A stretch of DNA of 64,000 bases from Synechococcus sp. GTDB lineage: Bacteria; Cyanobacteriota; Cyanobacteriia; PCC-6307; Cyanobiaceae. This document shows positions 62,179 through 64,000 of the stretch, piece after piece; position 1 is the first letter of the stretch; each line of letters starts with the position of its first letter. The stretch lies in the NCBI GenBank assembly GCA_049619435.1, contig JBMZMY010000004.1, positions 318 through 64,317 of the forward strand, read 5' to 3'. The notes beneath the pieces were generated by a model. The model was not told where the DNA came from. It made no database searches and was given only the letters and a program-made list of their open reading frames with translations. Both the position numbers and the translations under genes were made by a program.

Positions 62179-63698
62179 GCTCTCTGCCACTGCTGCGGAC
62201 TCAAGCCGAGCTCACGGCCTGGCGGCGTCGGCTGTCGGGTGACCTGGTTTTTGTTCCCACCATGGGAGGCCTGCACGAGGGCCATGCCTCCCTCATCCGT
62301 GCGGCTGCAGCGCGGCAGTCAACGGTGTTGGTGAGCGTGTTTGTCAATCCGCTGCAGTTCGGCCCGGCGGAAGATTTTGAGCGTTATCCCCGTACCCTCG
62401 AGCTGGATTGTCGGCTGGCGGCTGAGGCCGGGGCCGATGCGCTTTGGGCGCCCCCTCCGGAGGTGATCTATCCCGCTGGTGCAGAGAATGGATGGCGACT
62501 GCAGGTTCCAGCCTCTTTGCAGCGGCATCTGTGCGGTCAGGGCCGACCGGGCCATTTTGACGGCGTGGCCACCGTGGTTCTGCGTTTGCTGGCCCTGGTT
62601 CAGCCGACACGGATGTTGTTGGGTGAAAAGGACTGGCAGCAGTTGACGATCCTGCGCAGGCTCGTTGAGGACCTCGCTCTCCCCGTTCGGATCGAGGGGG
62701 TCCCGACGGTTCGTGCATCCGATGGTCTGGCTCTCAGTTCCCGCAACCAGTACCTCTCTGAGGACGAGCGCACTCGAGCAGCCGCCTTGCCTCGGCTCCT
62801 TCAGGCTGCAGCTCCAACGGATTCTTTGACGTCGATTGAAGGGGCCCTGCGCCAAGCGGGTCTGGATGTGGAGTATGTAGAGAGGGTTGAGCCGCACACT
62901 CTCCAGCCCTGTGATGGTGATCAGCCGATGGCGCTGCTGGCCGCGGCGGTGCGATGCGGATCAACGCGTTTGATTGATCATGTCGTTCTGATGAACCGCC
63001 AACCCCTCGTTGCCATTGACGGCCCGGCCGGAGCTGGAAAGAGCACCGTGACGCGTGCCTTTGCCGAGCGCCTAGGTCTGGTGTATCTCGACACCGGCGC
63101 GATGTATCGCTCGGTGACCTGGTTGGTGCAGTCACGGGGGGTGGATCCGGGCGATGCCGCCGCCATTGCGCCGTTGCTCGAGGGGCTTGATCTGCAGTTG
63201 CGTTCTCTGCCCGGGGGTGGTCAGCAGGTGCTGGTGAATGGTGAGGATGTGAGCCTGGCGATCCGGTCTCCTGAGGTGACGGCATCGGTGTCCGCCGTTG
63301 CGGCCCATCGATGCGTGCGTCAAGCGCTCACAGCCCAGCAGAAAGCCATGGGGGCCAAGGGTGGTCTGGTGGCGGAAGGTCGTGACATCGGCACTGCCGT
63401 GTTCCCCGATGCTGATCTCAAGGTCTTTCTCACGGCTACGGTTCAAGAACGGGCTCGACGTCGGGCCTTGGATCTTGAGCAGCGGGGATTCCCCGTGCCT
63501 GAACGCGCCACCCTTGAAGAGCAGATTGCGGAGCGCGATCGCCTGGACAGCACCCGCGAGGAGGCCCCCCTGGTTCAGGCTGACGATGCCCTTGAGCTGG
63601 TCACCGATGGCCTGAGCATTGATGCCGTGATTCAGGCCCTGATGGAGCAGTTCCGCAGTCGTGTTCCGGAAGAGGCCTGGCCCACGCCGGCCGGTTGA
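62175..63698 (+). CDS. panC/cmk: Bifunctional pantoate-beta-alanine ligase / cytidylate kinase (probable CTG start)
   Basis: FVPTMGGLHEGH, FVNPLQF, RPGHFDGV, GEKDWQQ, LSSRN, RLID, then AIDGPAGAGKST, DTGAMYR, EGRDIG. Confidence 0.96.
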   Translation: MSSLPLLRTQAELTAWRRRLSGDLVFVPTMGGLHEGHASLIRAAAARQSTVLVSVFVNPLQFGPAEDFERYPRTLELDCRLAAEAGADALWAPPPEVIYPAGAENGWRLQVPASLQRHLCGQGRPGHFDGVATVVLRLLALVQPTRMLLGEKDWQQLTILRRLVEDLALPVRIEGVPTVRASDGLALSSRNQYLSEDERTRAAALPRLLQAAAPTDSLTSIEGALRQAGLDVEYVERVEPHTLQPCDGDQPMALLAAAVRCGSTRLIDHVVLMNRQPLVAIDGPAGAGKSTVTRAFAERLGLVYLDTGAMYRSVTWLVQSRGVDPGDAAAIAPLLEGLDLQLRSLPGGGQQVLVNGEDVSLAIRSPEVTASVSAVAAHRCVRQALTAQQKAMGAKGGLVAEGRDIGTAVFPDADLKVFLTATVQERARRRALDLEQRGFPVPERATLEEQIAERDRLDSTREEAPLVQADDALELVTDGLSIDAVIQALMEQFRSRVPEEAWPTPAG

Positions 63699-63700
63699 GT

Positions 63701-64000
63701 TCAGTTGGGCCTGCTGATCTGATCCAGCAGATTGGCGCAGGCATCCTCCAGGAGATCGAGCACATGCTCGAAGCCTGCTTCTCCGCCGTAGTACGGATCC
63801 GGGACCTCGCTCTCGCTGAACGAGCGGGCGTAACTCAGCATTGGCCGGATCGTGGCTGTGGCTCCTGCGCCTGCTTCGCGGGCCAGGCTGCGGACCGCCG
63901 CGAGATTGTCGTCATCCATGGTGAGCACAAGGTCAAATGAGCTCAGGTCGTCGAGGCTGATCTGACGTGCCCGGCTGGGCAGCTCAATGCCACGGCGACT
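63701..64000 (-). CDS. Low-molecular-weight protein tyrosine phosphatase, 5' end outside the window
   Basis: SRARQI...FDLVLTMD..N...EVPDPYYGG..GFEHVLDLL. Confidence 0.9.
   Translation of the reverse strand, partial: SRRGIELPSRARQISLDDLSSFDLVLTMDDDNLAAVRSLAREAGAGATATIRPMLSYARSFSESEVPDPYYGGEAGFEHVLDLLEDACANLLDQISRPN

Noticed and set aside
1-64000. HIP1 (GCGATCGC) repeats, CRISPR arrays, IS elements
   Set aside because: Only scattered HIP1 copies seen, not counted rigorously; no regularly spaced repeats or transposase ORFs

Overview
GC-rich core-genome segment of a picocyanobacterium; gene content and order fit a marine Synechococcus (inference). From left to right: the 5' part of an RND efflux permease, psaL-psaI, cell-envelope genes (GT2, NlpC/P60, PBP-A-like serine hydrolase, alr), an HNH protein, prfA and the S10-spc-alpha-L13/S9/L31 ribosomal superoperon (rplC to rpmE; no rpsJ, rpsN, rpmD, infA or rpsD). 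Then ndhN-ldpA-ycf45-like ATPase, recA with a LexA box, a degenerate DinG-like protein, tyrA, crtD, JAMM-moeB, cobO, larE, speD, recF, ppc, gshA, trpE, psaD, a Hik2-like kinase, rodA, mrp, hemF, ccb1, pex, rnd, purM, rlpA, panC-cmk and a partial LMW-PTP. Four tRNAs are present (Ser-GCT, Gln-TTG, Arg-CCG, Cys-GCA). I saw no mobile element, prophage, CRISPR array or defence island. The best unexplained signals are a ~200-nt multibranch structured-RNA candidate between purM and rlpA, a long rplC leader with mutually exclusive pairings, a 55-aa four-Cys microprotein coupled to a secreted six-Cys protein, and several core genes that appear to need non-canonical (ATC/CTG) start codons. Family assignments are by motif recognition, not database search.
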